NCBI GenBank assembly: GCA_009914755.4
Contig: CP068257.2
Coordinates: 21,184,001-21,248,000 of the forward strand
Source: the human T2T-CHM13v2.0 reference genome, Homo sapiens
Length of the DNA stretch: 64,000 bases
Direction of reading: 5' to 3'
Shown one piece after another: positions 1-13,087 of this stretch. Position 1 is the stretch's first letter, and each line of letters begins with the position of its first letter. The position numbers were made by a program, and so were the translations under genes. The notes beneath the pieces are model-generated. The model ran no database searches. It was not told the DNA's origin and saw only the letters and a program-made list of their open reading frames with translations.

Positions 1-272
1 TATTTACTTATTTATTTTGACAGGGAGTCTCACTCTGTCACCCAGGCTGGGGTGCAGTGGCACAATCTCAGCTCACTGCAACCTCCGCCTCCCGGGTTCA
101 AGCAATCTGCCTCAGCCTCTGGAGTAGTTGAGAGTACAGGCGTGTGCCACCACACCTGGCCAACTTTTGTATTTTTAGTAGAGAGGTGATTTCACCAGGT
201 TGGCCAGTCTGGTCTTGAAGTCCTGACCTCCCAAAGTGCTGAGATTATAGACGTGAGCCACCGTGCCCTGCC
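1..272 (-). mobile_element. Alu SINE (reverse-complement orientation, may be clipped by window start)
   Basis: Reverse complement of the Alu consensus is readable (gagacagggagtctcactctgtcacccaggctgg ... cctcccaaagtgctgagattatagacgtgagccaccgtgccc) with a T-rich leader at the left end. Confidence 0.9.
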
Positions 273-2019
273 TCTAACAAATTTTAAAGAAACATTGATT
301 TTATCAGCTTTTAGTTGTAGATGTGAATGTCTTTGACATATTGTACATTTAAAAAAAATCAGAATGCTAACTTATTTTTTATGTAATTTAAATCTATTCA
401 GTACTGCACTTATTTCTGCATATCTTTTCTTCTGTATAATTTACATCAGATATCTAACATCTTTGTGTGCCTGTGAAGAGTCAGATAGTAAATCATGTCA
501 ATATCATGAGCCATAAGGTTTCTTTCAAATACTGAATTCTGCCATGTTAGCACAAAAGCAGCCATAGACTATGTAAAAAGAAATGGGTATAACCATTTCC
601 TAATAATACTTTATTTACAAAAGAGGCAGTGAGGTAAATTTGGGGGAGTGACTAGAGTTTGCAGATCCTTGATCTACATAATTATTCTGCATAATATAGG
701 GGGCTGCATATGAATTTATATTCTTCACTTTTTTCTTTTATTAAGATTATTTTAAAACGATGATATACTCTCATGGAGTGATATTATCTAAATATGTAAG
801 AGAACATATTTACATTTAGCAAAGCTATTTACTAGAAGAAATTAAGGCTTACATAGGCTAAGATCACAGAGCTGAGGTCAAGCTCATTCTGCTTGGCTCT
901 GTACTGAACTGCCAAAGTGTACAATCACTTAATCATTCATCTGCTAAACAGACATTTATTTTTTATTTGCTATTAAATTAAGTGCCATTTTATGCATATT
1001 ATCAGACTCATGGTCAGAGTCTGGTTAATTTACCTTTTTCTGACCTCCAGAACAAACTTGAAAAGGGCTCAATGGAAACCAGTGGCTTATTAAAGTATTA
1101 ATGTAATTAGAAGATCTACAAAGGAGTTTTACAGTGATAAGAACTAATATTAATAGAAAAATAAGCGAATTCTGAAGTTTGTCTTATTTATTAGGTAGCA
1201 ATATGCTAAACACCATTATCACTTTATCTCAATTTTCCTGAAATAAAGGATTTAAACTGGCCAATAAGAAATCGTATTGAAGGCTATCTGAAAATAAACT
1301 ATAAATTACCTGTGAGATATCACAGAGAATTTGGCATTTTTTTCTCTTAATGAATCAACAGAAGGAAAATATGTAGACTCCTGAGAACACAAGTAGATGG
1401 CTTTAAAGAATCTCTTCCCAGGTTTTTGTCACTTTGTAATATAAAATAACAATGATATAAACTTAGTTGATGACAACAACTGACATAAAACATGTATATG
1501 ATCTTTTTGTTTATAGGAGTCCTTAAAATTTATATGTGAAAATTTGGAAAGTAGTTTAATGCCACTTAATTATTTTAGGTCCTGAGGGTATCATTTAAAT
1601 AACTAATGCTTCATTGCACTAAATGGTCCAAAAGTGTCCTCAAAATTGTAAACTTGTTTTCAGAAGTGCCTAAAGAGTCCCTAGGGAATATCTTAATCGT
1701 CTAGAGTACCTTGCTCATTAGTATATTGATTCAAATATTTCTATGATACTAGGCATGCGAGTCTCCACATGTAAATCATTTATAAGACTTTTATTTAAAG
1801 ATATTTTAAATCTCTTTATTATATCTTTATTAAAGAAGCCAAAGGGATATATAAATCTATCTACTAAAGAAATGGATGCTAACTGCATGTGGGCAGTGGT
1901 GTATAATTCAAGACAGAAAGCTTAAATAGCAGTAGTCATTAAAAAAAGCAGTTGAGTTTAGATTTAACAATAATAATAACAGCTACTTTTGTGATCATCT
2001 TATTTTCTGCAAAATGGAA

Positions 2020-2570
2020 AAGAACACTAATAATGTTATTAAACATGTAAAATCAGAATATTTTAATAAAATATTTTATTAATATTAAGAATAAATATTA
2101 AGAATATTTTAACAAAATATTCTTAATAATATTGTTGAATAACAATATTAATAGAACATAATCATTCAACATTAAATTGGAATTTATTAAATGCATGAGT
2201 TCATTTATTTGTAATTTTTAAATAACTTTTACATAATATGTAAAAATATTTTCCTCTGCTATATTATCCCCAAAAATGTCTCATACTATGTTCTCTTCTA
2301 ACTTTAAAATAACACCATGATTTTTAAGTAGTCCTCACTTTATATTACATATACATGTATAATAGATATACACACACACATATTAACTATATGCATAGTA
2401 GTATGTTTACTACATAGTAAATAATACATATTGTTATAATATAAATATGTTACATATAATACATATTGTTATAACATAAATATATATTTATAATAATACA
2501 TATCATTACAATATGAATATATAGTACAGATTATAAATACTACATATTTATTATATAGTTGCAGTATTCA
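2020..2570. repeat. AT-rich low-complexity block with degenerate tandem units
   Basis: 2040-2160 repeats aatattttaataaaatattttattaatattaagaataaatattaagaatattttaacaaaatattcttaataatattg…. 2380-2560 repeats a ~36-bp unit (taatacatattgttataa(t/c)ataaatat…). Confidence 0.75.
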
Positions 2571-2680
2571 AGACAGGGTATATGATATTGAGGAAAGGAA
2601 TAGACACATAGATAAATAAAGCATAATAGAGAGGTCAGAAATAGACCCTAACAAATATGACCAATTAATTTCTTAGTAAG

Positions 2681-2977
2681 TTTTTTTTTTTTTTTTTGAG
2701 ACAGAGTGTCGCTCTGGCACAAGGCTGGAGTGCAGTGGCACAATCTCAGCTCACTGCAACCTCTGCTTCCCTGGTTCAAGTGATTCTGCTGCCTCAGCCC
2801 TCCTGAGTAGCTGGGACTATAGGCGTGTGCCACCACGCCCAGCTAATTTTTGTATTTTTAGTAGAGATGGGGTTTCACCATGTTGGCCAGGATGGTCTCC
2901 ATCTCTTGACCTCGTGATCTGCCCGCCTCAGCCTCCCAAAGTGCTAGGATTACAGGTATGAGCCATCACGCCCGGCC
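2681..2977 (-). mobile_element. Alu SINE
   Basis: 17-nt poly-T then reverse-complement Alu consensus (gagacagagtgtcgctctg...gcctcccaaagtgctaggattacaggtatgagccatcacgcccggcc). Confidence 0.92.
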
Positions 2978-2989
2978 TTTCTTAATAAG

Positions 2990-3295
2990 TTGTAAATGTA
3001 ATTAAATAGAAAAATGATAGACTTTTCATCATCATATGGGTCATATGGACACTAATAGGCAAAAAATAAAAGAAAAAAATTTAAAAGAAGAACCACAGCC
3101 TAAACATCATACTTTACATAAAAATTAACTCAAAATAGGTCATGGACTTAAATGTAAAATGTAACACAATAAAATATTTAAAATATTAGAAAAAATTAAT
3201 AAAGAATCTTTAGTATCTAGAATTAAACAAAGAGTTTTTAGACTTGCAACCAAAAGGACTATTAGTAAAAGAAAAAAAAATGGTAATTGTGGCTT
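2990..3295 (+). mobile_element. Short degenerate LINE-1 ORF2 fragment (old subfamily)
   Basis: A conceptual translation resembles the L1 ORF2 segment DLNVKPKTIKTLEENLG...KSFCTAKET (LKIGHGLKCKM.HNKIFKILEKINKESLVSRIKQRVFRLATKRT), with stops. Confidence 0.4.
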
Positions 3296-3299
3296 ATTT

Positions 3300-4440
3300 C
3301 CTTCTGGATTCAGTGCACCCACTTTTCCCTGATCTGAGGATTTCAGCTGTGGCCCAGAGACCTTCTGGAAACCCAGCCTTCAAGCACTCATGGTCTTCTC
3401 TTTCACTTCCATAGCCTAAGTGTTCTGCTTGCCCCTGCCTGAGAGTTCAGCCTGTGACCCTGGGACAAGCCCATTCCTTCCCATCATGGCCAGCACCAGA
3501 GCCCTGGGCTAACCTGAACCCTTTCTTTCCCATCAGGCTGATTCTGGACTCATACACACAGTACATACACACAGTCCAGTGGGACATCTAGGGACCGGAG
3601 AATTAGAGAACTGCCCACCCCACTCCAACATTGCTGGCACCTGACCACCTTCCTCAGGACCTGGGGTCGGGCTGAGGCAGCCATTACTATTACCAAACCA
3701 CATTTGCGCAAGCGCAAAGGTGGAGGCCCTGCTTTACATGAAGAAGCAGTACTGCCACATTGGAGAACAGGAGAGCCACAAACTTATCTGAATCAGGCTG
3801 AGTGATGAAGTTCTGACCCAAAACCATTCTCAAGGAGAATCACAAATCAGACATTTCCTAAGTCTCACATCCACATTGTAAGATCTAAATTAAGAGTCAC
3901 AGCTGTAGAACAGGGGTGTGATAGGGCAACAGTCCACATTTCTGACTCCCTATGATGAGGAGCTGGTGCAGCTCCCCCATACTCCAGCAAAGGCCTCAGC
4001 AAAATTCACCAGGAGCTTCCCCCAGCCACAATCGTTGGGGCTGGTGCCTGTGCTTGCCATAGGGGTAATTGTGGGCCAAGCAGGGACTTTAGCTCTGCCC
4101 TACTCTGTCCTCCCACCAACATAGAGCAAGAAGCAAAGAGCACCGGGCTCACCACTATCCAACCCATCACCTGAAACAACAGAGAGTACCTCACAGTAAA
4201 ATTAAAAGATGAGATATGTACTGATCTGCTTGTATCATGGCTGGCTCTCGTAGGTTAGCATTATCTATTGGCCTGTAGGTCAAATGGCACATCCCAATGT
4301 AAGAGCTGCTGACAGAGGTGCATAGGGCCATAGAAGCAAAACTAAAGAGCCCCACCCATTTTACTCTACAGTCACACCACCTGGAAGAGGAAAGAAAAAC
4401 CAACAGTAATATAGGAAAAGAAAGGGAATAATCGTATCTG
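3300..4440 (+). mobile_element. Non-coding region immediately upstream of an L1 ORF1 remnant; possibly the 5' UTR of an older primate L1
   Basis: No coding signal; directly adjacent to the ORF1-like sequence that starts near 4442. I do not recognise it as an L1PA 5' UTR, so the assignment rests on position only. Confidence 0.35.
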
Positions 4441-7400
4441 CATGAAAATGATTACACAAATTAGAAGTGCCAGCATGTCCATGAAAAATGTATATGTTGT
4501 AACAGCCCTAACGGATCAAACTATCTCTCCAGCACTGGTCCCCAACCAAAAGGGAAACTCAGAAATAACAAATAAAGAATTCAAATCATGGATGACAAGG
4601 AAGTTCAACATAGTGAAGACAAGACTGAAAATCAACACGAAGAAACTATTAAAACAATCCAGAAAATGACAGAAGAGATGAACACATTAAAGATAAATCA
4701 GTAAGAGTTTATAGAGTTAGAAAACTCACTTAAGGAATTACAAAATACAATCGAAAGCTTTATCAGTAAAACAGACCAAGCAGAAAAATTTCAGATCTTG
4801 AAAAATTGTTTTTCAAACAAATTCAGACAAAATTAAAGAAAAAAGAATTAAAGAAAATGAACAAAGTTTTTTTAAAAATGGAGTTATGTAAAGTGACTAA
4901 ACCTACCAATTATTGCCATTCCTGAAAGAAAGAGAGAAAAAGTTAACAATGTGGAAAATATGTTTGAGGGAATAATTCAAGAAAAAATTTCCTAATCTTG
5001 CTAGAGAGGTTGAAATCCAAATACAATAAATTCAGACAAAACCTAGGACAGGCTATACAGAATGAACATCACCAAGACATGTAGTCACGAGGTTTCAAGG
5101 TCAACACTAAAGAGAAAAATCTTAAAGACAATCAGGAAGAAAAAACAAAAAAAAAAGGCCTACACAAGGTCAACACTAAAGAAAAAAAAAAAATCAAAGA
5201 CTGCCAGAAAAAAGGGCCAAATATATACAAAGGTAACCCTGTCAGGCTAACAATGGACTTCTTAGCAGAACCACTATAAGGTAGAATAGATTGCAGACCT
5301 ATTTTCAGTATTCTTAAAGGAAAGAAACTCCAACCAGGAGCTTTATATCTCAACAAACTAAACTTTATAATATGTGAAGGAAAAATAAATTTTTTTTCCA
5401 ACAAGCAAGAACTAAAGGAATTCCACCAGACCAGTCTTATAAGAGATCCTTAAGGTAGTTCTAAGCATGGAAATTAGAGAACAATATCTGCTACCACAAA
5501 AATAAATATATGCACACAGCCCAGAGACCTTTTAAAGCAACTACACAACCAAGAATACAAAGCGACCAATTAGTAACTTTATGATAGATTCGAAACCTCA
5601 CAAATAATTACTAACCTTAAATGTAAATAGCTTAAATAGCCCACTTAAAAGACAGAGTGGAAAGTTGGATTAAAAAAATAGACCCATCCAACTACTGTCT
5701 TCAAGAGACCCAACTCATAAGTAATGACACACATAGGCTCAAAGTAAAGGGCTAGAAAAAGATCTACCACACAAATGGAAATCAAAAATAGTAGCCGTCA
5801 CTATTCTTATATCAGATAAAACTGACTTTAAACCAACAACGGTCAAAGGACAAATAGGGGCATCACATAACAATAAAGGGTTCAATTCAACAGGAAAAAA
5901 TTGACTACAGTAAATATATATGCATCCAATGTTGGGGTACCCAGATTCATAAAACAAGTAGTTTCAGACCTATGAAATATTGTAGATGACAAACAATAAC
6001 AGTTGGGAACACCATCACCCTACTGGCAGTGTTAGATCATTGAGGCAGAAAAATAACAAATTCTGGATGAAGATTTTATACTTGAACAATTATACCTAAT
6101 AGAGATCTATAAAATTATCCATGCATCAACCAGAGTAAAATTCTTCTCATCTGCATGCAGAACATACTCTAAGACCAAACATGCTAGGCCATGGAGTATC
6201 AATAATTTTTTTAAAAATTGCAGCCAAACCAAGCATACTTTCCAGCTACAGTGGAATGCAAATATAAATCAATACTAAGAGGATCTCTTAATACCACACA
6301 ATTACATGGAAATCAACCAACTGGTTTTTAAATTGCTTTTGGGTAAACAACAAAGTCAAGGCAGAAATAAAAAATTACTTGAAATTAATGAAAATAGAGA
6401 TGCAACATACCAAAATCTCTGGAATGCAGCAAAAGCAGTGTTAAAACTTTCTAATGCTAAACACCTACATCCAGAAGTTAGAAGAATCTCAAATTAAAAA
6501 TCAAACATTGAACCTTAGAGAAAACTAGTAAAAAAATAACAAAATAACCCTAAAAGTAGCAGAAGAAAAGAAATAACTAAAATCAGAGGATAATAGAGTA
6601 AATTGAGACCCAGAAATTCACACCAAAGATCAATAAACCCAAATTTTCTTCCTTAAAAGGATAAACAAGATCAATACAGCTAGATTAGATTAACACCAAA
6701 AAAGAGAGAGATCCAAATAAGCACAGTCAGACATGACAAAAGTGGCATTACAACAGAAATAAAAAAGATCCTAAGGGACTACTGTGAACATCTCTATGCA
6801 CACAAGCTAGGAAATCTAGTGGAAATGGATGAAGTCCTGGAAACACACAAACTCATAATATTTAATCAGAATGAAATTGAAATCCTGAACAGAACAATAT
6901 CTTGCTTTGAAATTGAATCAGTAATAAAAACAAAACCCTAAAGCAGATGGATTCATGGCCAAATTCTACCAGACATACAAAGAAGAGCTGGTACCAGTTC
7001 TACTGAAACTACTGCAAAAATCTGAAAGAAAACAAAAAACTTACAATGAATAAACAAATTCAATAAATTTACAAGAAACAAAATCAACATACAACCTACA
7101 AAAAATTGCATTTGTATTTCTATATACTAACAACATACAATCTGAAAAGGATATTAAATCAACCTCATTTATAATGGAATTAATCCCATTAAAAATAGAA
7201 ATAAACTTAACCAAGGAGGTAGAAGACTTTTTTTTTTTACACTGAAAACTATAATATATTAGTGAAAGAAATTAGACACATACAGATGGAAATAAGTATA
7301 ATGTTTATATTTTGGAATCTTAATATTGTGAAAATATTTATGTTACACAAAGAATTGGAATTCTATTCCCATGAAAATCCTAGTGACATTTCTTTTAGAA

Positions 7401-7595
7401 ATAGAAAAATAGTCCTAAAATTCATATGGAACAACAGAAGACTCAGGATATAAAAAGTCATCTTGAGAAGAAAGAACAAAACTGGAGGCATCACACTGCC
7501 TAACTTAAAACATATTACAAAGCTATAGTAATCAAAACAGTATGGTATTAGGATAAAGAAAGATATACAGAACAATGAAACAGAATTAAGAGCTT
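4441..7595 (+). mobile_element. LINE-1 element A: ORF1 remnant and ORF2 endonuclease/partial RT, with frameshifts, stops and an internal deletion of the RT core
   Basis: ORF1-like translation (…FPNLAREVEIQIQ.IQ…, …RLTADLS-like) at 4.4-5.4 kb. The ORF2 N-terminus is readable at 5.6-6.0 kb (LNINGLNSPIKR…, KKAGVAILVSDKTDFKPT, GSIQQEELTILNIYAPN equivalents). FYQTYKEELVPVLLKL appears at ~7.0 kb, followed by a jump to the C-terminal ORF2 region ([13 protein letters not shown]). A ~71-bp tandem duplication sits inside the ORF1 remnant (caaggtcaacactaaag at 5096 and 5167). Confidence 0.8.
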
Positions 7596-9979
7596 GGCTG
7601 CGCATGCATGGCTCACAACTGTAATCACAGAGAGGCTGAATAGAAAAAACAACGACAAGGCCCAATGATCTGTTGCCTGTAAGTAACACTTCACTTATAA
7701 TGATATACATAGACTAAAAATAAGGGGTTGGAAAAAATATTTCAAACCAACAGAAACCAAAAAAAAAAAAAAAAAGCAGGAAAAGCTATACATAGATTTC
7801 CAGACAAAAACTACAAGAAGAGATAAAGAAGGTCATTATATAATGATAAGGGTATTAATTCAGCAAGAAGATATGACAATCGTAAATATGTATGCACTAA
7901 AGCAAATGTTATTAGAGCTAAACATGGAGACAGACCTCATTACAATAATAGCTGGAGACATCAGCATCCACCCAGCATTAGATAGATCATACAGACAAAA
8001 AGTCAACAGAGAAATATTCAACTTAGTGTGCAACTATAGACCAAGTGGGCCTAAGAGATATTTTCAGAACACTTCATTCAGTAGCTGTACAATACACATT
8101 ATTTTCCTCAGCTCATGAATCATTCTCAAAATAGGCCATATATTATGCCACAAGAGAAGTTTTAAAAAATTCAAACAAATTGAAATTACATCACATATTT
8201 TCTCTGACTACAGTGGAATAAAACTAGAAATAAATATCAAGAGAAACTTTGAAAATTATATTAGTACATGGAAATTAAACAACATGCTTCTGAATGACCA
8301 GTGCATCAGTGAAAATGTGTAGAGAAAACTTAAAAATTTCTTGAAACAAATGAAAATGGAAACACAACATACCCAAACCAAGAGTTACAGGATACAAAAC
8401 CAATGTACAAAAATCAGTAGCATTGCTATCTATCAACAGTGGACAACCTGAAAAAGAAATAAAGAAGTAGTCTCATCTACAGTAGCCCCACATAAAATAT
8501 CTACGAATTCAGTTAACCAAAGAAGTGAAAGATTTCTATAATGAAAACTATAAAATAGTTATGTAAGATATTGAAGAGGACACAAAATAATGAAAAGATA
8601 TTCTATGCTTATGGATTGGAAAAATCAATATTGTGGAAATGTCCACAGTACCTAAATCAATTTATTACTTGAATGCAATTCTTATCAAACTACCAATGAT
8701 ATTCTTTACAGAAATAGAAAAAAATTCCTAAAATTTACTCATAACCATAAACGACCCAGAATAGCCAAAGCTATCCTAGGCAAAAAGAACAAAACTGGAG
8801 GAATCACATTACCTGACTTCAAATTATACTTCAGAGGAATAGTGCCAAAACAGAATGATACTGGCATGAAAACAGACACATGGACCAATGGAACAGAATA
8901 GAGAACCCATAAATAAATCCATACATTTATAGTGAACTCACTTTTGACAAAGTTGGCAAGAACGTACATTGGTAAACGGACAGTCTCTTCCATAAATGGT
9001 GCTGCAAAACTAGATACACATTTGCAGAAGAATCTAGACTCCTATGACTTGCCATATATAAAATTAAATCAAAATACATTAATACTTAAATGAAAATATA
9101 TTCAAATATATAATTATAAAATACATAAAATATAGAATTACAAAATATGTAATTACAAAGTAGATAAAATATAAACTTACAAAACAGATTAATACTTAAA
9201 TTTAAGACTTCAAACTATCAAACTACTAAAAGAAAACATTGGAGAACCTCTCCAGGACATTGAACAGTACAAAGACTTCTTTAGTAATAGCCCAGAAAAA
9301 CAAAACATCAAAGTAAACATGGACAAATGAGTTTGCATCAAGTTTAAAAACTTCTGCACAGCAAGTAATACAATTTACAAGGTAAAAAGATGACCAACAG
9401 AATGGGACAAAATATTTACAAACTTTCCATTTCACAAGGGATTACTAATCAGAATGTGTGAGGACCTCAACTAATTTTATAAGAAAAAAATCTAATAATC
9501 CAATTTAAAATGGCAAAAATCTGAATAAACATTTTACAAAAGAAGACATACTAATAGCATACCAGCATATGAAATGGTACTCAACATTACTGACCATCAG
9601 AGAAATGCAAATCAAAACTACAGGATACCCACGGAAATGGCCTTTTATTTAAAAGATAGGCACTAAACAAAGGCTGGCAAAGTTGTGGAGAAAAGGGAAA
9701 CTTCATACACAATTGGGGAAATGTAAATTAGTATAATAACTACGGAGAATGGTGGTTGGAGGATTGGAGGTTCCTCAAAATACTAAAAATAGAACTATCA
9801 TGTGATTCAGTAATCCCATTGCTAGACATATACTGAAAAGAAAGAAAATCAAGATAGATATTGAAGAGATATGTATATTCTCATGTTTGTTTGTTGTAGT
9901 ACAATTCACAATAGCCACGGTTTGGAAGTAACCGAAGTGTCCATCAACAGATGAATGGATAAAGCAAATGTGGTACATT
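7596..9979 (+). mobile_element. LINE-1 element B: ORF2 EN domain through 3' region, with the RT domain largely deleted and an A/T-rich tandem expansion
   Basis: 7.68-8.3 kb matches the L1 ORF2 start (cttataatgatatacatagactaaaaataagg…gcaggaaaag; translation GDISIHPALDRSYRQKVNREI ~ GDFNTPLSTLDRSTRQKVNKD). 8.5-8.95 kb matches C-terminal ORF2 ([16 protein letters not shown]). 9.2-9.97 kb matches the ORF2 C-terminus (HQRNANQN…, [17 protein letters not shown] ~ KQPKCPS.DEWIKKMWYI). Confidence 0.8.
9050..9215. repeat. A/T-rich degenerate tandem repeat (minisatellite-like) embedded in L1 element B
   Basis: Reiterated units of the form aatacataaaatatagaattacaaaatatgtaattacaaagtagataaaatataaacttacaaa. 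Confidence 0.6.
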
Positions 9980-10760
<781 letters not shown>

Positions 10761-11215
10761 AAGTAAACTACAGGTCAATACTCTTGATGAACACAGATGC
10801 AAAATCCTCAGCAAAATACTAGGAAATCTAATCCGGCAGCATATCAAAAAGTTAATTCCTCATGATCAAGTAAGCTTTATTCCTGGGATGCAAGTTTGGC
10901 TCAAAATACACAAATCAATAAATTGGATTCACTACATGAACCAAATTCACATGATCACTTATAAGAGTGAGCTAAATTTTGGGAACACAAGGACATAAAG
11001 ATGGGAAGGATAAAACACTGGGGACTACCAGAGGGGGAAGGGAAGGAAGGGGGCAATGTTGAAAAACTACCTATTGTGTATTATGCTCACTATCTGGGTG
11101 AAGACACCAGTTGTGCAACAAAACTTTGCATAATGCAACATACCTATGTAACAAATCTACACGTGTACCACCTGTATCTAAAATAAAAGTTGAATTTAAA
11201 AAGAAAGAAATGGCG
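10761..11215 (+). mobile_element. Rearranged L1 fragment (RT motif region joined to the 3' end)
   Basis: Translation [38 protein letters not shown] matches the L1 RT region ([28 protein letters not shown]…). 10.97-11.2 kb resembles the L1 3' end (ttgtgcaacaaaactttgcataatgcaacatacctatgtaacaaatctacacgtgtacc). Confidence 0.7.
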
Positions 11216-11224
11216 AGTTGTTAA

Positions 11225-11560
11225 AAAATGTGCAATGGAATACTATTCAGAAATAAATAAAACTCTTGATACATGTAAAAACATGATTGAATCTCTAGAA
11301 AATTATGCTGAGTGAAAAGATGAACCTCCAAAAGCAACATAGTTTGATTCCATCATATATTATTCTTAAAGTGACAAAATTTTCAGCATGGACAACAGAT
11401 TATGGGTTAGGAATTTTGCAGGGGAGTGGATGTAATTATGAAAGGGCAGCACAAGGGATCTTTGTGATAACAGAAGTCCTTTGTATCTTAATTGTGGTGG
11501 TATATTCGTAAACTTATACATTATAAAATTGCATTGAACTAAATGCACACACATAAATAA
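11225..11560 (+). mobile_element. Older L1 (L1M/L1MA-like) 3' end fragment
   Basis: aatgtgcaatggaatactattcag…aaaattatgctgagtgaaaagatgaacctccaaaagcaacatagtttgattccatcatatat…ggggagtggatgtaattatgaaagggcagcacaagggatctttgtgataacagaag; typical older L1 3' UTR. Confidence 0.7.
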
Positions 11561-11599
11561 CTACATGTAAAACTCAATAAGATTCATAAGTCTGATTGA

Positions 11600-12730
11600 G
11601 TGTATCAAAATCAACTTTCCAGTTGTGATTTGTGCTCTGCCTATATTAATTCCTCCTTCCTCCGAGACCTCTGGCAACCATGAATATTTTTACCATCTCC
11701 ATAGTTTTGTCTTTTTTTAGGACATCGTGTAGTTGAAATTATATAGCATGTCACCTTTTCAGATTGTCTTATTAAGGTTTCTGATTAGTATATAAGATTT
11801 CTCTATTTTTTATGGTTTGATGTGTTGAATAATATCTACTGTATAAGTTCTCACTTAGCATTTAAGGTTTCTCTATGTCTTTTTGCTTCTTTTATCATTG
11901 AATAATATTTCATCGTATGAATGTACACTTTAAAAAATCTATTCACCTGCTAAAGGACATATTGGTCATTTCCAAGTTTTAACAATTATAAATAAAGCTG
12001 CAATAAACATCCATGTGCATATTTTTGTGAGAATATGTTTTCTACTCATTGGGTATAAATATCAAGGAGTGTGACTGCTGAATTTTACGGTAACTGTATA
12101 CTTAGTGTTGTAAGAAACTGCCAAACTATCTTCCAAAGTGGCTGTGCCATTTTTCATTACTACCAACAATAAATGAGAGCTCCTGTTGTTTGACATTCTC
12201 ACCAGCACTTGGTGTTGTTAGTATTCTGGATTTTTGCCATTCTCATAGGTATGTAGTGAATGTTTTTTATTGTTTTAATTTGCAACTCTAAATGACATGT
12301 AACATTATGCATCTTTTCACATAAAATTTTTGTCATCTCTGCGTCTTCTTTGGTGAAGTGTCGGTTCAGAACTCTTGTCCATTTTTTCTTAATTCTTGAC
12401 TACAGGTGCATTCTACCACACCAGACTAATTTTTTTTTTTATTTTGCATAGAGATGGGGTGTTGTTATGTTGCCCAGGTTAGTCTCAAATGACTGATCTC
12501 AAGTGACCCTACTGTCTCAGGCTCCCAGAGTGCTATGATCACATGCAAGAACCACCATGCCTGGCAGTCTTTTCCATTTCTTAATCTAGTTTCCTATTTT
12601 CTTATTATTGAATTTTAAGAGTTCTTTGAAAATTTTAGATAATAACCTTTTATCAGATATGTGGTTTATCAATAATTTCTCCCAGTCTGAGGAAAGGAGG
12701 ATAGTTTTATAGTTATTTTTTAATAATATC
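11600..12730 (-). mobile_element. Older L1 (L1M-type) 3' region in reverse orientation, interrupted by a partial Alu
   Basis: Reverse-complement L1 3' motifs: ccaaagtggctgtgccatttttcattactaccaacaataaatgagagctcctgttgtttgacattctcaccagcacttggtgttg…; …tttggtgaagtgtcggttcagaactcttgtccattttt…; …cttttatcagatatgtggtttatcaataatttctcccagtctg. Confidence 0.75.
12422..12568 (-). mobile_element. Partial Alu / free Alu monomer-like fragment inside the reverse L1
   Basis: tttttttttttattttgcatagagatggggtgttgttatgttgcccaggttagtctcaaatgactgatctcaagtgaccctactgtctcaggctcccagagtgctatgatcacatgcaagaaccaccatgcctggc. Confidence 0.7.
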
Positions 12731-12776
12731 CTGTAGTAGAGATATTACAATATTACGGACAATTTGGTGAAAGTAA

Positions 12777-13087
<311 letters not shown>

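Noticed and set aside
2380-2560. Regularly spaced ~36-bp AT-rich repeats that could superficially be read as a CRISPR-like array
   Set aside because: The units are degenerate and AT-only, with no unique spacers between conserved repeats. The context is primate DNA flanked by Alus. It is a minisatellite-type tandem repeat.
3300-4440. Possible host exon or promoter upstream of the L1 ORF1 (contains atggccagcaccagagccctgggc and several short ORFs)
   Set aside because: No ORF exceeds 70 aa and there is no CpG enrichment. The segment is directly contiguous with an L1 ORF1, so the most economical reading is the degenerate 5' region of an old L1. Kept as a low-confidence feature only.
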